The translations under genes and the position numbers were made by a program. The notes below the pieces were generated by a model. It saw nothing but the letters and a program-made list of their open reading frames with translations, made no database searches and was not told where the DNA came from. 64,000 nt of DNA from Thermoanaerobaculia bacterium. Lineage in GTDB: Bacteria > Acidobacteriota > Thermoanaerobaculia > UBA5066 > Gp7-AA6. Each line of letters begins with the position of its first letter. Within the stretch, counting starts at the first letter, position 1. Shown here one piece after another: positions 1 to 9,880 of this stretch. The stretch spans positions 2,245 to 66,244 of the forward strand of contig JBKJWL010000170.1 of assembly GCA_046716885.1 (NCBI GenBank), given 5' to 3'.

Positions 1-1877
1 CAGATCTGGAGGGCGTCGCCGCCGACCGGGAGATACCCCGCCACCGCCTCGTGGTCGCGGTAGCGGATGCCGAAGCGCAGCCCCACGGTCCCGAAGAAGC
101 GGGCCGAGTCGCGATATCCGATGGCCATGCCGGAGACTTTCCGGAGGCTCTCGACGCGCGAGAGATCGCCGACGTCGAAGTCCTCGTTGAAGACCGTTCC
201 CCGTCCCCAGAGGACGGGAGTGTGCTGGTACCAGGCGCGGCGGCTGAACTCGGAGTCCGCGAGGGCGGCTCCGCTTTGCTCGAGCTCGAGTGACGAAGTC
301 CCCTGGAAGAACGACTCGCCGAGCGTGCGGTAGGCGCCCTCCGGATCCTCCCGAGCCACGTAGCGGGCGAAAGCGGTCGGGCCGAAGACGTCCCCTTCGC
401 GGAACGCGCGGGCGATCCTGCGGTTGGCCGCGATCGGGACCAGGGTCAGGAGGACGACGGCAACGGCGACGCCGCGCCTTCTCGCCGCGCCGAGAGCGGC
501 GAGCGCGATGACCGTCGCCATCCAGCAGAGACCCGCCTCCGAGAACGCCAACGGCAGGCTCCGGGCGGCGACCGGGACGCGGGTGGGATCCGCGCCGACG
601 GCACGGGTGGCGATCCGCCCCGCCGCTTCCGGGAAAAGCGCCGCGGCGAAGGCCAGCGCCGCGAAGAGCCCGCCGACGAGGACGAGACTCGAGAGACTCC
701 GCCGGCGCTCCCGCCAGACGTCGAACGCCAGCCCGACGAAGAGCGCGAGCGCGAAGACGATCGCCACCGCCAGCTTCTCCGGGTTGCGCAGGGGCAGCGG
801 CGAGGAGAGATCGCCCCAGCTCGCCGGCAGCAGGCTGGGGGCCACGGAGACAAGGAGCGCGGCGATGAGCAGTATGCGCGCGAAGCGCGCGCCCCGCGCG
901 GGCGACTTCCAGGCGACGAAGACGGCGATCAGCGCAAACGCCCCGGCGTAGAGCGTCGGGAAGAGACCCATCGCCCGCCCCCGATGGATGGAGGCGGCCC
1001 ACGTCGCCTGGCTCGCCATTTCCCAGGAAGCGCCGAAGGGATAGGGAATGGCGAGCTCGGCGAGCCGCCAGGGATGGATCGAGAACAGGAGAACGTCCGT
1101 CAGCTTCATGCCGAGGACGGCCCGGTTGGTCTGCGGGATCCAGAGAGCCGTGGCCAGGAGCTGCGGCGCGGCCGCGAGCGCCCCGAGCAGCACCGCGAGA
1201 CCGAAGACCCCGGCCGACTGGAGCCGCTCGCGGCGGTTCTGCTCGACCGCCAGCCACAACGCCGCGCACGCGAGGGCGAGCGCGATCGTGAAAATGTCGG
1301 CCGCGAGGAAATCGAGCGCCAGGAGACAGGACAGAAGCAGCAGGCGCGACCACAGCGTTCCACTTCGCCGCCCGGCCGCCCAGACGATCCACGGCAGCAG
1401 GGTCATCCCCGGCTGGATGTGGGGGAAGAAGGCCTCGCCGACCGAGACACCCGAAAACACATACGTCACCGCGCCGATCCACGCGGCCGCCCGGGAGCGG
1501 CCGAGCGCGGTCAGAAGGATGAGCATTCCGATTCCGGCAGCGATCCAGTGCGCGACCGGAAAGACCCGCAGAGCCACGGGCAGCGGCAACGGCGACAACA
1601 GCACACGCACGGGATAGAGCGCGCCCGAATTGGGGTTCGGGGCGAGCGGCCGCCCTCCCGACACCTCGGGCGTCCAGACCGGCAGCCGCCCGCGCACCCA
1701 CGCGTCGTGGACGCTCTTCTCCAGCGGGATGTTGTAGGCGATCATGTCCCGCCCGCCGAAGTTGCGCCCGGTCACGAGCGGATCGGCGTACAGCAAGACC
1801 ACGAGCGCCGCGAACGCGGCCGCGAGAGAAAGTCGCGCCCATCGGGACCCGCCCGAAACGGGATTCGCGGCGCTCAC
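1..1877 (-). CDS. YfhO-like GT-C membrane glycosyltransferase, paralog 1 (3' end runs off the left edge)
   Basis: Absent from the ORF track because it is open at the window edge. My translation from GTG at 1877 reads VSAANPVSGGSRWARLSLAAAFAALVVLLYADPLVTGRNFGGRDMIAYNIPLEKSVHDAWVRGRLPVWTPEVSGGRPLAPNPNSGALYPVRVLLSPLPLPVALRVFPVAHW. It is collinear with the 781-aa neighbour and 55 of 81 aligned residues are identical by hand alignment. The frame stays open to nt 1 (...RYRDHEAVAGYLPVGGDALQI). GTGA start/stop overlap at 1874-1877. Confidence 0.6.
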   Translation of the reverse strand, partial: MSAANPVSGGSRWARLSLAAAFAALVVLLYADPLVTGRNFGGRDMIAYNIPLEKSVHDAWVRGRLPVWTPEVSGGRPLAPNPNSGALYPVRVLLSPLPLPVALRVFPVAHWIAAGIGMLILLTALGRSRAAAWIGAVTYVFSGVSVGEAFFPHIQPGMTLLPWIVWAAGRRSGTLWSRLLLLSCLLALDFLAADIFTIALALACAALWLAVEQNRRERLQSAGVFGLAVLLGALAAAPQLLATALWIPQTNRAVLGMKLTDVLLFSIHPWRLAELAIPYPFGASWEMASQATWAASIHRGRAMGLFPTLYAGAFALIAVFVAWKSPARGARFARILLIAALLVSVAPSLLPASWGDLSSPLPLRNPEKLAVAIVFALALFVGLAFDVWRERRRSLSSLVLVGGLFAALAFAAALFPEAAGRIATRAVGADPTRVPVAARSLPLAFSEAGLCWMATVIALAALGAARRRGVAVAVVLLTLVPIAANRRIARAFREGDVFGPTAFARYVAREDPEGAYRTLGESFFQGTSSLELEQSGAALADSEFSRRAWYQHTPVLWGRGTVFNEDFDVGDLSRVESLRKVSGMAIGYRDSARFFGTVGLRFGIRYRDHEAVAGYLPVGGDALQI

Positions 1878-4219
1878 GCGGCCTTCCTGACGCGGGAAAG
1901 CCCCAGAAGCAGCAACGCCGCTGCCGCGGGCCCCCACCGCGAGAGCTCCAGCCCCGGAGCGTTCTCCCGCCACTCGATGCGGTGCTCCCCCGCGGGCACG
2001 GGCAGCGCCGAGAAGGCAATCTGCGCCGGCGAGAGGTCCACCGGCCGGCCGTCGAGAAGCACCGTCCGATAGCTCCAGTCGCCACGCAAGACGAAGAGCC
2101 AGGTCGGATCGGGACAGTTCACCTCGAGCACGAGGCGCTCCGGGGACTTCTCGAGTATTCGGAGGCGGCCGGGCCGGGCCGCGCCCCGCGCCTGCCGGCC
2201 GGTCTCGACGACGATCTCGTCGGCGGCGAGGCGCGGCAGAAGGGCCAGAGCCTCGAGGGGGCCCGGCTCCTCGCGCCAGCGCGCAGCCAGGCGGACGTCC
2301 GGCTGCGCCTCCGGGTTCTCATCCCACGCGCGGAAGGCGTCTCCCCCGAAGGGACGGAAGCCGGCGAGAGGCGGATGATCGCGGAACCGGATGCCGTAGC
2401 GCAGGGACAGCGACGAGAAGAACGGGCCGGAATCCGTCTGCCCCACGGCGATCCCCGAGATGCGCCGGAGGCTTTCGATGCGGGAGAGATCCCCGGCGTC
2501 GAGGTCGCTGTTCAGAACCGTGCCCCGGCCCCAGAGAGTCGGCGTGTAGTAGAACCAGGACTCGCGAAAGAACTCGGTCCCCGCCAGGTCGCCGCGCATC
2601 GAGGCGTCGAACAGCGGAGACACCGGCCGGTAGAGGCTTTCGTCCAGCGCACGGAAGGCCCCTCCGGGATCCCGCTGGGCGATCGCGCGCGCGAAGGCCG
2701 TCGGGGGATAGACCGTGCCGTCGTGCGCCGTCTGGGCGACGGGGCGGCCGGCGCAGAGCGGCACGGCGGTCAGCAGAACGAGCGCGGCAAAGAGCGGCGC
2801 CCGGCCGCGCCGCGCGAGCAGTACCGCGGCGACGGCGGTCGCGGCCCACAGCAGGCCCGCGTCGGCGAAGGAGGCGGGTGCCTGCGCGGCCGCGGAGGCG
2901 ATGAGATCCTTCGATACGCCGACTGATCCGACGAGCAGGCGGCCCGCCTCGAGCGGAGCCAGCAGCGCGGCGAGGGCCGCGGTCGCCAGGACACCGGCCA
3001 CGGCGAGGATCCCTCGCCGCCCGGCGCCGCGGCGGCGAAAGCGGTCGACGGCGACAGCGGCCGCGATGGCCAGCGCGAACGTGGCGCCGAGCATGAACTT
3101 CTCCGGATAGCGGAGCGGAATGGGCGATGGCAGCCGGGCCCAGGAGTCCGGCAGGAGGTGGCCGGAGAGCGCAAGGGCCACTGTCACGAGAAAGAGCGCG
3201 CGGGCGAAACGCGCGCCGGGGGACGGGACAGGCAGCCGGGAGGGAAAGAGACCCGCGATCGCGATGGGCCCGACGAAGAAGGTGACGAAGAAGTGCCGGA
3301 ACGCATGGATCCCCCAGTCCCGCGACAAGTCCATCGTCCACGTCGCGCCAAACGGGTAGGGAACCGCGAGCTCGAGCAGCCGCCAGGGCGAGATCGTGAA
3401 GCCCATGACTTCCGCCAGCGTCATCCCCCCGATGACGCGGCGCGTCTCCGGTGCCAGCAGCGCGGTTGCCAGAATCTGCGGCAGCGCGAGGAGGGCCGCC
3501 GCGGCGAGCCCGAAGGCGAGGCCGGTGGCGCGGGGGCGCCGCTCCTCCTCGGGCGTCTCGAGCAACAGCCAGAGCGCGGCCGAGAGCAGCGCGAGAGCCA
3601 GGGAGAACGCGTCGCCCGCCAGGAGCAACAGCCCGTACACCAGGGCGAGCACGAGAGTCCTCCCGAAAGGCCGCCCGCCTGGCCGCACGAGCCCCCAGAG
3701 CGTCCAGGGAAGCAGGCTCGCGCCCGGCTGGAAGTTGCTGTAGAAGACCTCCGACACGACGACGCCCGAGAAGGCGAAGCTGATCGCCGCGACCCAGGCC
3801 GCGGAGCGCGAGCCGCCGATCGCTCGCGCGAGCGCGAGCATCCCCAGGCCCCCGAGGATCCAGTGGAAGACGGGGAAAAACCGCATCGCCGCCGGAAAAG
3901 GGACGAGCGAGAGGAGCGGCCGGAGGGGGTAGAAAACCCCCGCGTTCGGATTGGGCAGCAGGGGCCGCCCGCCGGAAACCGTCTCCCACCAGACCGGAAT
4001 CCGCCCACGCGACCACGCGTCGTGCACCGCCTTCTCGAGCGGCAGGTTGTAGGCGACGATGTCCCGGCCCACGAAGGTCCGGCCCGTCAGCAGCGGATCG
4101 GAGTAGGCGGCCAGCACGAGCAGCGTGAAGAGGAGGGCGGGCACAGCGCCCGCGAGCCGCCGGCTGGACGAAGGTGTCAAAGATTTCGATTCCACGGCGT
4201 ACGGGTTAGGATAGGGCAT
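1874..4219 (-). CDS. YfhO-like GT-C membrane glycosyltransferase, paralog 2
   Basis: 781-aa ORF with ATG at 4219. The N-terminal two-thirds is polytopic and hydrophobic, followed by a soluble C-terminal domain. The first loop, GRDIVAYNLPLEKAVHDAWSRGRIPVWW..GGRPLLPNPNAGVFYP, resembles the YfhO-family N-terminal loop as I recall it from B. subtilis YfhO. Overlapping ORFs in other frames are Arg/Gly-rich junk. Confidence 0.6.
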   Translation of the reverse strand: MPYPNPYAVESKSLTPSSSRRLAGAVPALLFTLLVLAAYSDPLLTGRTFVGRDIVAYNLPLEKAVHDAWSRGRIPVWWETVSGGRPLLPNPNAGVFYPLRPLLSLVPFPAAMRFFPVFHWILGGLGMLALARAIGGSRSAAWVAAISFAFSGVVVSEVFYSNFQPGASLLPWTLWGLVRPGGRPFGRTLVLALVYGLLLLAGDAFSLALALLSAALWLLLETPEEERRPRATGLAFGLAAAALLALPQILATALLAPETRRVIGGMTLAEVMGFTISPWRLLELAVPYPFGATWTMDLSRDWGIHAFRHFFVTFFVGPIAIAGLFPSRLPVPSPGARFARALFLVTVALALSGHLLPDSWARLPSPIPLRYPEKFMLGATFALAIAAAVAVDRFRRRGAGRRGILAVAGVLATAALAALLAPLEAGRLLVGSVGVSKDLIASAAAQAPASFADAGLLWAATAVAAVLLARRGRAPLFAALVLLTAVPLCAGRPVAQTAHDGTVYPPTAFARAIAQRDPGGAFRALDESLYRPVSPLFDASMRGDLAGTEFFRESWFYYTPTLWGRGTVLNSDLDAGDLSRIESLRRISGIAVGQTDSGPFFSSLSLRYGIRFRDHPPLAGFRPFGGDAFRAWDENPEAQPDVRLAARWREEPGPLEALALLPRLAADEIVVETGRQARGAARPGRLRILEKSPERLVLEVNCPDPTWLFVLRGDWSYRTVLLDGRPVDLSPAQIAFSALPVPAGEHRIEWRENAPGLELSRWGPAAAALLLLGLSRVRKAA

Positions 4220-4229
4220 CGAGCGGGAA

Positions 4230-5699
4230 GTGCAAACCCGGTCACGCGCGGCGATCGGTCTCCTGCTCCTCGCCGCCGCCGTCTCCGTCGTGGCTCGTCT
4301 CTGGCTGCTCCTCGAGCGGCCTCTCTGGTTCGACGAACTCTTTACGGTCTGGGCCGCGCGCCTGCCCCTCCGTGAGCTCGTCGCGGCCCTGCGCTTCGAC
4401 TCGGGGCCCCCCGGGTTCTACGTGATCGAGAAGCCGTTCGTTCTGCTCGCCGAGCGGTGGACCGACGCCGCTCCCCTGGCGCGCGCGCTCTCCTTTCTCG
4501 CGGCGCTCGGACTCTTCGCCGCGGCGCGGACTCTTCCGCGCGGAGTCGCGCGGGCGACGCTCGTGCTGCTGCTGTCCTCCTCGGTCCTCGTGAATCTCTA
4601 CGCGGCCGAGGCGCGCCCCTACGCGCTCCTGTCGCTCCTCGGTCTGGCGCTCTTCCTGCTCGCGCTCTCCGGGCAAGAGACCCCCGCACGGGTGGCGATG
4701 GTCGGCGGCCTCGCTGCGCTGGCTCTCTATACCCATTACCTGGCCATCGTCGCGGTTGCGGCGCTCGTGCTGCTCTGCGTCCTCGAGCGCCGCTGGAGGT
4801 CCTGCGCCGCGCTCGCCGCGGGAGGCGCGGCGTTTGCGCCCTGGGTCCCGGTCCTCCGCGCCCAGCCCGCCGAGTCGATGGCGTGGATGCGCGAGACGCC
4901 CTGGGGCTCGATCGCGGGGTTCCTCTCCGCGCTCGGAGGGGTGGGCCGCGTTCCCGCCTCGTTCGGGCCGGCGCCGCCGACCGCGCTCTTTTTCGCCGCT
5001 CTCGTCGCGGGCGGGATCCTGCTCGCATTGCTCTGCGCCCGCGCACGAACCGACCGCGAGACGCGCCGCGCCCTGGCCTTCGTGCTGCTCGTGCTCGGGG
5101 GTGTCCTGGCGGCGGGCGCGTGGCGGCCGATCGCCTTCGCCGGAAGAACCGAGATGGCCGTGCTGCCGGTGTTCCTGTGGGCCGCGGCGCGCGCCGCGTC
5201 GGAGAGCCGACCCACGCGGTGGGCGGTGGGAGCCGTCTCCGTTCTCGGTATCGTCGCGACCGCCGGCTTTCTTCGGGCGCCGCACGCCGAGTATCCGGCC
5301 TCCGCGGTCGCGGCGAGCCTGGCGCGCGTGGTGGGCCCGCGAGACGTCGTCGTCGCGGGGGGGAGCTTCTACCTCCCCGCGCGACTGGCCTCGGAGCGCG
5401 GCGATCTCGCGGTGGCCGTCCGCCCGATGCCCGAGGAGCTCGGCCGGCACCCGGGCTGGTTCGTCCCCGCTCTGCCCGGACCGGCCGAAGAGCGCGCTCT
5501 CGAGCGGGCCCTTGGCGAGGCTCGCGAGGGCGGCCGGCTCTTTGTGGCGCTGCCTCCCGCTTACGCGACTCCGGGTCTGCTGCGTTTGCTCGGCGCTCCG
5601 GGCGGCCGGACGCGCACGCTCCTGCAGACCGCCGACGCGCTGGTCATCCTGCGCACGCCGGATCAACGCCGTAGCGCTCCCGCTCCCGCCGGACCCTGA
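4230..5699 (+). CDS. ArnT/PMT-like (GT39/GT83-type) GT-C membrane glycosyltransferase
   Basis: 489-aa ORF with GTG start. An N-terminal TM segment is followed by the loop ERPLWFDELFT (DE motif) and DSGPPGFY (compare the KPPL-type motif), then many hydrophobic segments. The antisense 490-aa ORF (4242..5714) is charged Arg/Gly junk. Confidence 0.55.
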   Translation: MQTRSRAAIGLLLLAAAVSVVARLWLLLERPLWFDELFTVWAARLPLRELVAALRFDSGPPGFYVIEKPFVLLAERWTDAAPLARALSFLAALGLFAAARTLPRGVARATLVLLLSSSVLVNLYAAEARPYALLSLLGLALFLLALSGQETPARVAMVGGLAALALYTHYLAIVAVAALVLLCVLERRWRSCAALAAGGAAFAPWVPVLRAQPAESMAWMRETPWGSIAGFLSALGGVGRVPASFGPAPPTALFFAALVAGGILLALLCARARTDRETRRALAFVLLVLGGVLAAGAWRPIAFAGRTEMAVLPVFLWAAARAASESRPTRWAVGAVSVLGIVATAGFLRAPHAEYPASAVAASLARVVGPRDVVVAGGSFYLPARLASERGDLAVAVRPMPEELGRHPGWFVPALPGPAEERALERALGEAREGGRLFVALPPAYATPGLLRLLGAPGGRTRTLLQTADALVILRTPDQRRSAPAPAGP

Positions 5700-6771
5700 C
5701 GAGCTCCCAGGCAAACCAGAGCAGAGCCGCGAGCCACGTGCCGAGGGATGTGGGGCGGATCGGCCACGGAATCGCGAGGCTCTCGGGCGCGGAGGCGTGA
5801 TAGAGCGCGCCCGCCAGCGTGAAGACGCCGTACGCCACCGAGGGAAAGAGGGAGCCCAGCGCGATCGGCCACACGAGGTACTGCACCGCGAAAGAAGGCG
5901 AGAAGCAGAGGAGCGCCAGGAAAAGCAGAAGGCACGCGCGGGTCAGCTCCCAGTGGCGGGTCTCCCGCAGCACCCAGGCCACCGCGACGAGCAGGAGGAG
6001 CGAGAAGACCAGAGGAAGGGGCTGCGACAGAGAGAGGAAAGCCTGCAGACCACCGGGCTTCTGGAGCGACGCTTCGGAAACCCGCGCCGGGTACAGAAAG
6101 ACGTGCCGGACGATCGGCCCGAGGGCGGATGCGTACGGCAGGAAACACGCGGCAAACACAAGGTACGGCGCCAGGACGAGCGCATCCGGGAGCCCCTCCC
6201 TCCCTTGCCGCTGCCGCCGACACGAGAAGAGAAGCGGGTGAAACGCGGTGACGTGCTTGACGAGGAGCGAGAGCGCCAGCATTCCGGCCACACCGATCTG
6301 ATTCGCCCGCGACTTCGGCCCAGCGGCCATCCACAGCGCCGCGAGGAGGAACACGATCGACAGGCCGTCGAACTGGCCGTGCGCGCAGGAGATCAGGACC
6401 GAGATCGGATTGGAGAAGAAGAGAAGCGCCCGCCGCCGCGCCTCGCCGGGAGCGAGCCCGAGCCGGCGGCGGCCGACGCCGATCAGCAAAAGCGTGGAGG
6501 CCGTGTCCGTGGCGATCAGGAGCAACCCCAGCAGGAGTACGAACGCTCCGACGTTGGGCGCGGCGGCCAGCCAGAGCCCCGCGACCACGAACGACCAGAG
6601 GGGGCTGTAGTTGTAGCGCTCGGTCAGGGCGTAGACGTTCTCCCCCTCGAGGACGCCCTGCACGACGATCAGGTAAGACTGCGTGTCGAAGTTGCCCCGG
6701 AAACCCGCCGCGACCGAGATCCGGAGGACGAGGACGAGCGCGAAGATGAGGACGAATCGGCCGCGGCTCAC
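5644..6771 (-). CDS. GT87/DUF2029-like (PimE-type) short GT-C membrane glycosyltransferase
   Basis: Track ORF 5644..7164 trimmed to the GTG at 6771, which forms a GTGA overlap with the stop of the upstream gene at 6768. The product starts VSRGRFVLIFALVLVLRISVAAGFRGNFDTQSYLIVVQGVLEGENVYALTERYNYSPLW, a D..Y...G..Y....Y.Y.P pattern I associate with GT87. About 10 hydrophobic segments; 375 aa. Confidence 0.55.
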   Translation of the reverse strand: MSRGRFVLIFALVLVLRISVAAGFRGNFDTQSYLIVVQGVLEGENVYALTERYNYSPLWSFVVAGLWLAAAPNVGAFVLLLGLLLIATDTASTLLLIGVGRRRLGLAPGEARRRALLFFSNPISVLISCAHGQFDGLSIVFLLAALWMAAGPKSRANQIGVAGMLALSLLVKHVTAFHPLLFSCRRQRQGREGLPDALVLAPYLVFAACFLPYASALGPIVRHVFLYPARVSEASLQKPGGLQAFLSLSQPLPLVFSLLLLVAVAWVLRETRHWELTRACLLLFLALLCFSPSFAVQYLVWPIALGSLFPSVAYGVFTLAGALYHASAPESLAIPWPIRPTSLGTWLAALLWFAWELVRVRRERERYGVDPACAG

Positions 6772-8165
6772 GCGCCTTTTCTCGCGATGGCCAGGAGCGA
6801 CATGCCGACGGGTGGAGGGTTCTTCTCCTCGCGTCGGAGGAGCGGCAGCAGCAGCTTGAAGGCTGCGAGCTGGCCGGCCGGCAGGACCTTGCGCTTCAGG
6901 AGCCGGCCGTTGATCCACCAGCCGACGATGCCCGGACGGTTCAGAAAGCGGGAATCCTCGAGGGTGAATCCCGCCGCCCGGACTTTCTCTTCGAGCTCCG
7001 CCTTCTCGTACCGGCGGAAGTGGTGCAGGTGCTCGTCGAGACTGCCGAAGAGCCGTTGGAGCGCCGGAACGATGAGGACCAGCCGCCCGCCCGGAGGCAG
7101 GACCGCGTGGAGGTCCGCGAGCGTCCCCCGGTCGTCCTCGATGTGCTCGAGCACGTTCAGGCACACGACCGTGTCGATTCCGAGGGTGCGGATCTCGTTA
7201 CGCCCGGCTTCCTCCAGGGGAAAGCGGTAGGACGCGACGCGGACCGACTTGTCCTCGCGGAAGACCGAGCGCAGGTATTCGAGCGCGACCGGGTCGAGGT
7301 CGGAGGCGACGACGAGCTCGCGGCCCGTGAACTGGCGCGTCATGTTCCCGAAACCGGCGCCGATCTCGAGCACGCGCGCCCCCAGGGCGCCGCGGAAGCG
7401 ATCGGCGAGCCACCGGTTGTACGCGTCGAGCTTTCCCATGCGCGCGAGTGTCACGTGCCCGACGTTCCTCGGGTCTTCCGTTTCGCGGAAGGCGTGGCGC
7501 ACGATCGTGGCGAGGGCGGAGACCGCGTCCTTCCAGCCGATCTTCTTGCCTTCCTCGTAGGTGCGCCCGTAGTAGGAGATCGGCACCTCATAGATCCGGT
7601 AGCCGCGGCGCGCGACCTTGGCCGTGATCTCCGGCTCGATGCCGAAGCGGCGCGACTCGATCACCATCGTCTGGACGACTTCGCGACGGAACATCTTGTA
7701 GCAGGTCTCCATGTCGGTCAGGTTCAGGTTGGTGAACATGTTCGAGGCGAGCGTCAGGAAGCGGTTGCCCACCGTGTGCCAGAAGTACAGGACCCGCCGC
7801 GTGCCGCCGCCGAGGAACCGAGAGCCGTACACGACGTCGGCGTGGCCCTGCTCGATCGGGGCCAGCAGTGTCAGGTACTCCATGGGGTCGTACTCGAGGT
7901 CGGCGTCCTGGACGACGACGACGTCGCCGGTCGCCTCGCGGAAGCCGGTCGCGACGGCGGCGCCTTTGCCCTGGTTGAACGGTTGGAGGAGGACGCGAAC
8001 ACCGTCCTTTCCGTCGAGCTCGCGCAGAATCTCGCGGGTGCCGTCGGTCGAGCCGTCGTCGATGATGAGAATCTCTTTCTCGACCGGGACCTCGATCACC
8101 CGCCGCACGATCTCGCGGATCGTCTTCGACTCGTTGTACGCCGGAATCACGACCGACAGCTTCAC
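6768..8165 (-). CDS. GT2 glycosyltransferase fused to a class I SAM-dependent methyltransferase
   Basis: 465 aa with GTG start at 8165 (GTGA overlap with the upstream stop). The N-terminal GT-A domain reads KLSVVIPAYNE..IIDDGSTDGT..QDADLEYDP. The C-terminal half carries SAM motif I (VLEIGAGFG), then LNVLEHIEDD, and ends in an amphipathic tail. Confidence 0.8.
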   Translation of the reverse strand: MKLSVVIPAYNESKTIREIVRRVIEVPVEKEILIIDDGSTDGTREILRELDGKDGVRVLLQPFNQGKGAAVATGFREATGDVVVVQDADLEYDPMEYLTLLAPIEQGHADVVYGSRFLGGGTRRVLYFWHTVGNRFLTLASNMFTNLNLTDMETCYKMFRREVVQTMVIESRRFGIEPEITAKVARRGYRIYEVPISYYGRTYEEGKKIGWKDAVSALATIVRHAFRETEDPRNVGHVTLARMGKLDAYNRWLADRFRGALGARVLEIGAGFGNMTRQFTGRELVVASDLDPVALEYLRSVFREDKSVRVASYRFPLEEAGRNEIRTLGIDTVVCLNVLEHIEDDRGTLADLHAVLPPGGRLVLIVPALQRLFGSLDEHLHHFRRYEKAELEEKVRAAGFTLEDSRFLNRPGIVGWWINGRLLKRKVLPAGQLAAFKLLLPLLRREEKNPPPVGMSLLAIARKGA

Positions 8166-9880
8166 GGGGCTCCTTCCGGTTCGAGCTCAAAGAGATAGAT
8201 AGAGTGTCCGATCCGGCCCGCGGGCTTTCCCGCGGCGACCCGGCGCTGCAGCCCGCGCAGGGCCTCCGCCATGGCGCGGTCGCCATGATACTCAGAAAAC
8301 TCGGGCCCCGCCGTGAGCATGAACACCGAGATCGCGGCGAGCCGGCCGTGCACGACGGGCAGCGCCGAGAAATCGGGCACCCCCAGCCGGTAAGAGACGT
8401 TGTCGCCGCCGAAGTAGGAGACGGTCACATCGCGGATCCCGCGGCGCCGCAACTCCGCGGCGAGCCTCCGCAGATCGAGGCCCCAGTCGATGTTCGAGTC
8501 CGACAGGATCCGCGCTCCGCCCGAGGGGCCGCCGACGAGAGGGTTGAAGTAGGAGAGCTCGTGGGGATGAATGCGGGCGAGCTCGACGGCGGAGACGACG
8601 GGCAGCAGAAGCCACAGCGCCGCGGCCCCGCGGGTGCGCCCGGAGTCCTTGCGCCGCGCCCAGGCCCGCGCGAAAAGCGCCGCGCCGAAAAGCGCCAGGA
8701 ACGGGTAGATCGGGAGCAGGTGGCGGATGCCGATGTTGTAGGTCGTGCCGATCGAGGCGAGAAAGAGCACGACGACCGGCACCAGGAAGAGCCGGACCTC
8801 CTCGGAGAGCCCCGGAGTGCGCCGGATCAACGCGACCAGGATGACGAGCGTGACCGCGAGAAACGCGAGCGTCGACTTCGCGCCGAACGCGACGAAGAAA
8901 TACTGGGGAAAGCCCTCCGTCGACACGCGGCCGTTCAGGTACGTGACGCCCCCTCCCACAGCGTTCTGCCGCGCGACGGAGGCGAGGCCTCCCGCATAGT
9001 GCGCCAGCGGCCGCGAAACGTCGGCAAAGGCGGCGACCCTCTCCGCGAGCTCCGGAGCCTGGCCGACGATCCCGACTTTCTCCCGGATGACCGTCTTCTG
9101 GTCGGCGCGGTCCATGCGGGAGGTGACCGCTGCGTATACGGCCAGGACCACGAGCAGCGCCCCGGCCCCCGCGGCCGCGAGGCGCCCCAGTCCGGCGACG
9201 AGCGCGCGCCCGGGCGCCGGGTCGCGGCGCAAGCTCAGAAGCGTCTGCAGGAGCAGGATGGGAACGAGATACACCGACGAGAACTTCGTCACGAGCGCGA
9301 GGCCCAGGCAGAGGGCCGCCAGGCCGAGGCGCGCGGGACCCGGCCGCTTCAGCGCGGCGTCCCAGGCCAGCACGGTGGCGAGGAACGCCAGCGCGGCTCC
9401 GACGTCCGTGTGGACGACGCCGGCGTGCGCCAGCAGGTTCGGGTCGAAGGCGAGGAGGCAGAGCGCAAAGAGGGCCGGGACCGGGCCGTACCGGGACCGA
9501 ACGGCAAAGAAGACGAGCAGGAGAAGGGAGGCGAGTACCGCGAGGAACGGAGCGCGCGCCGCCGCGAGGATCCGGTCGGGAGGGACGCGGTTTCGATAGA
9601 AGAAGTCCGGGCCGTAGTTCAGGAACACGTTCCCCATGGGGGGCCTGGCTGGCGAGGGATTGAGTGGGAGCGCCGAAAGCGCCAGGCCGGAGAGCGCCTT
9701 CATCAGCGGCGGGTGCTCCAGGTTCACGATCGCCGACCGCGAGGTGACCGCGAAGTAGCCCGAGAGGATGTGGATCGGCTCGTCGGCCGACAAGGCGTCC
9801 TCCCGCGTGTGGTCGTACACGAGGAAGAGCGCCAGCGCCGTGAGCACGAGCGCGAGGAGAACGGCGGCGGGCGACCTCAA
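8162..9880 (-). CDS. ArnT/PMT-like (GT39/GT83-type) GT-C membrane glycosyltransferase
   Basis: The C-terminal 572 aa of track ORF 8162..10429. I propose the start at TTG 9880, which forms a TTGA overlap with the stop of the GT2 gene at 9877, giving (M)RSPAAVLLALVLTALALFLVY. Loop motifs are SADEPIH (DE) and EHPPLMKAL (KPPL-like). The protein is polytopic. The start is uncertain; an upstream in-frame Val about 20 codons earlier is also possible. Confidence 0.55.
   Translation of the reverse strand: MRSPAAVLLALVLTALALFLVYDHTREDALSADEPIHILSGYFAVTSRSAIVNLEHPPLMKALSGLALSALPLNPSPARPPMGNVFLNYGPDFFYRNRVPPDRILAAARAPFLAVLASLLLLVFFAVRSRYGPVPALFALCLLAFDPNLLAHAGVVHTDVGAALAFLATVLAWDAALKRPGPARLGLAALCLGLALVTKFSSVYLVPILLLQTLLSLRRDPAPGRALVAGLGRLAAAGAGALLVVLAVYAAVTSRMDRADQKTVIREKVGIVGQAPELAERVAAFADVSRPLAHYAGGLASVARQNAVGGGVTYLNGRVSTEGFPQYFFVAFGAKSTLAFLAVTLVILVALIRRTPGLSEEVRLFLVPVVVLFLASIGTTYNIGIRHLLPIYPFLALFGAALFARAWARRKDSGRTRGAAALWLLLPVVSAVELARIHPHELSYFNPLVGGPSGGARILSDSNIDWGLDLRRLAAELRRRGIRDVTVSYFGGDNVSYRLGVPDFSALPVVHGRLAAISVFMLTAGPEFSEYHGDRAMAEALRGLQRRVAAGKPAGRIGHSIYLFELEPEGAP

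Noticed and set aside
4756-7230. 824-aa plus-strand ORF, plus similar long ORFs at 984..2072, 2319..4016, 3158..4375, 4242..5714, 8204..9985, 16743..18494, 20574..21869, 26029..27573, 30320..31891, 30387..32012, 36127..37905, 37820..39094, 38712..40169, 44685..46607, 47001..48713, 54752..56167, 56958..58859, 59802..61256 and 61666..62964
   Set aside because: All are off-frame or antisense to genes with clear homology or membrane character. All have the Arg/Pro/Gly/Ala bias expected from wrong-frame translation of GC-rich coding DNA.
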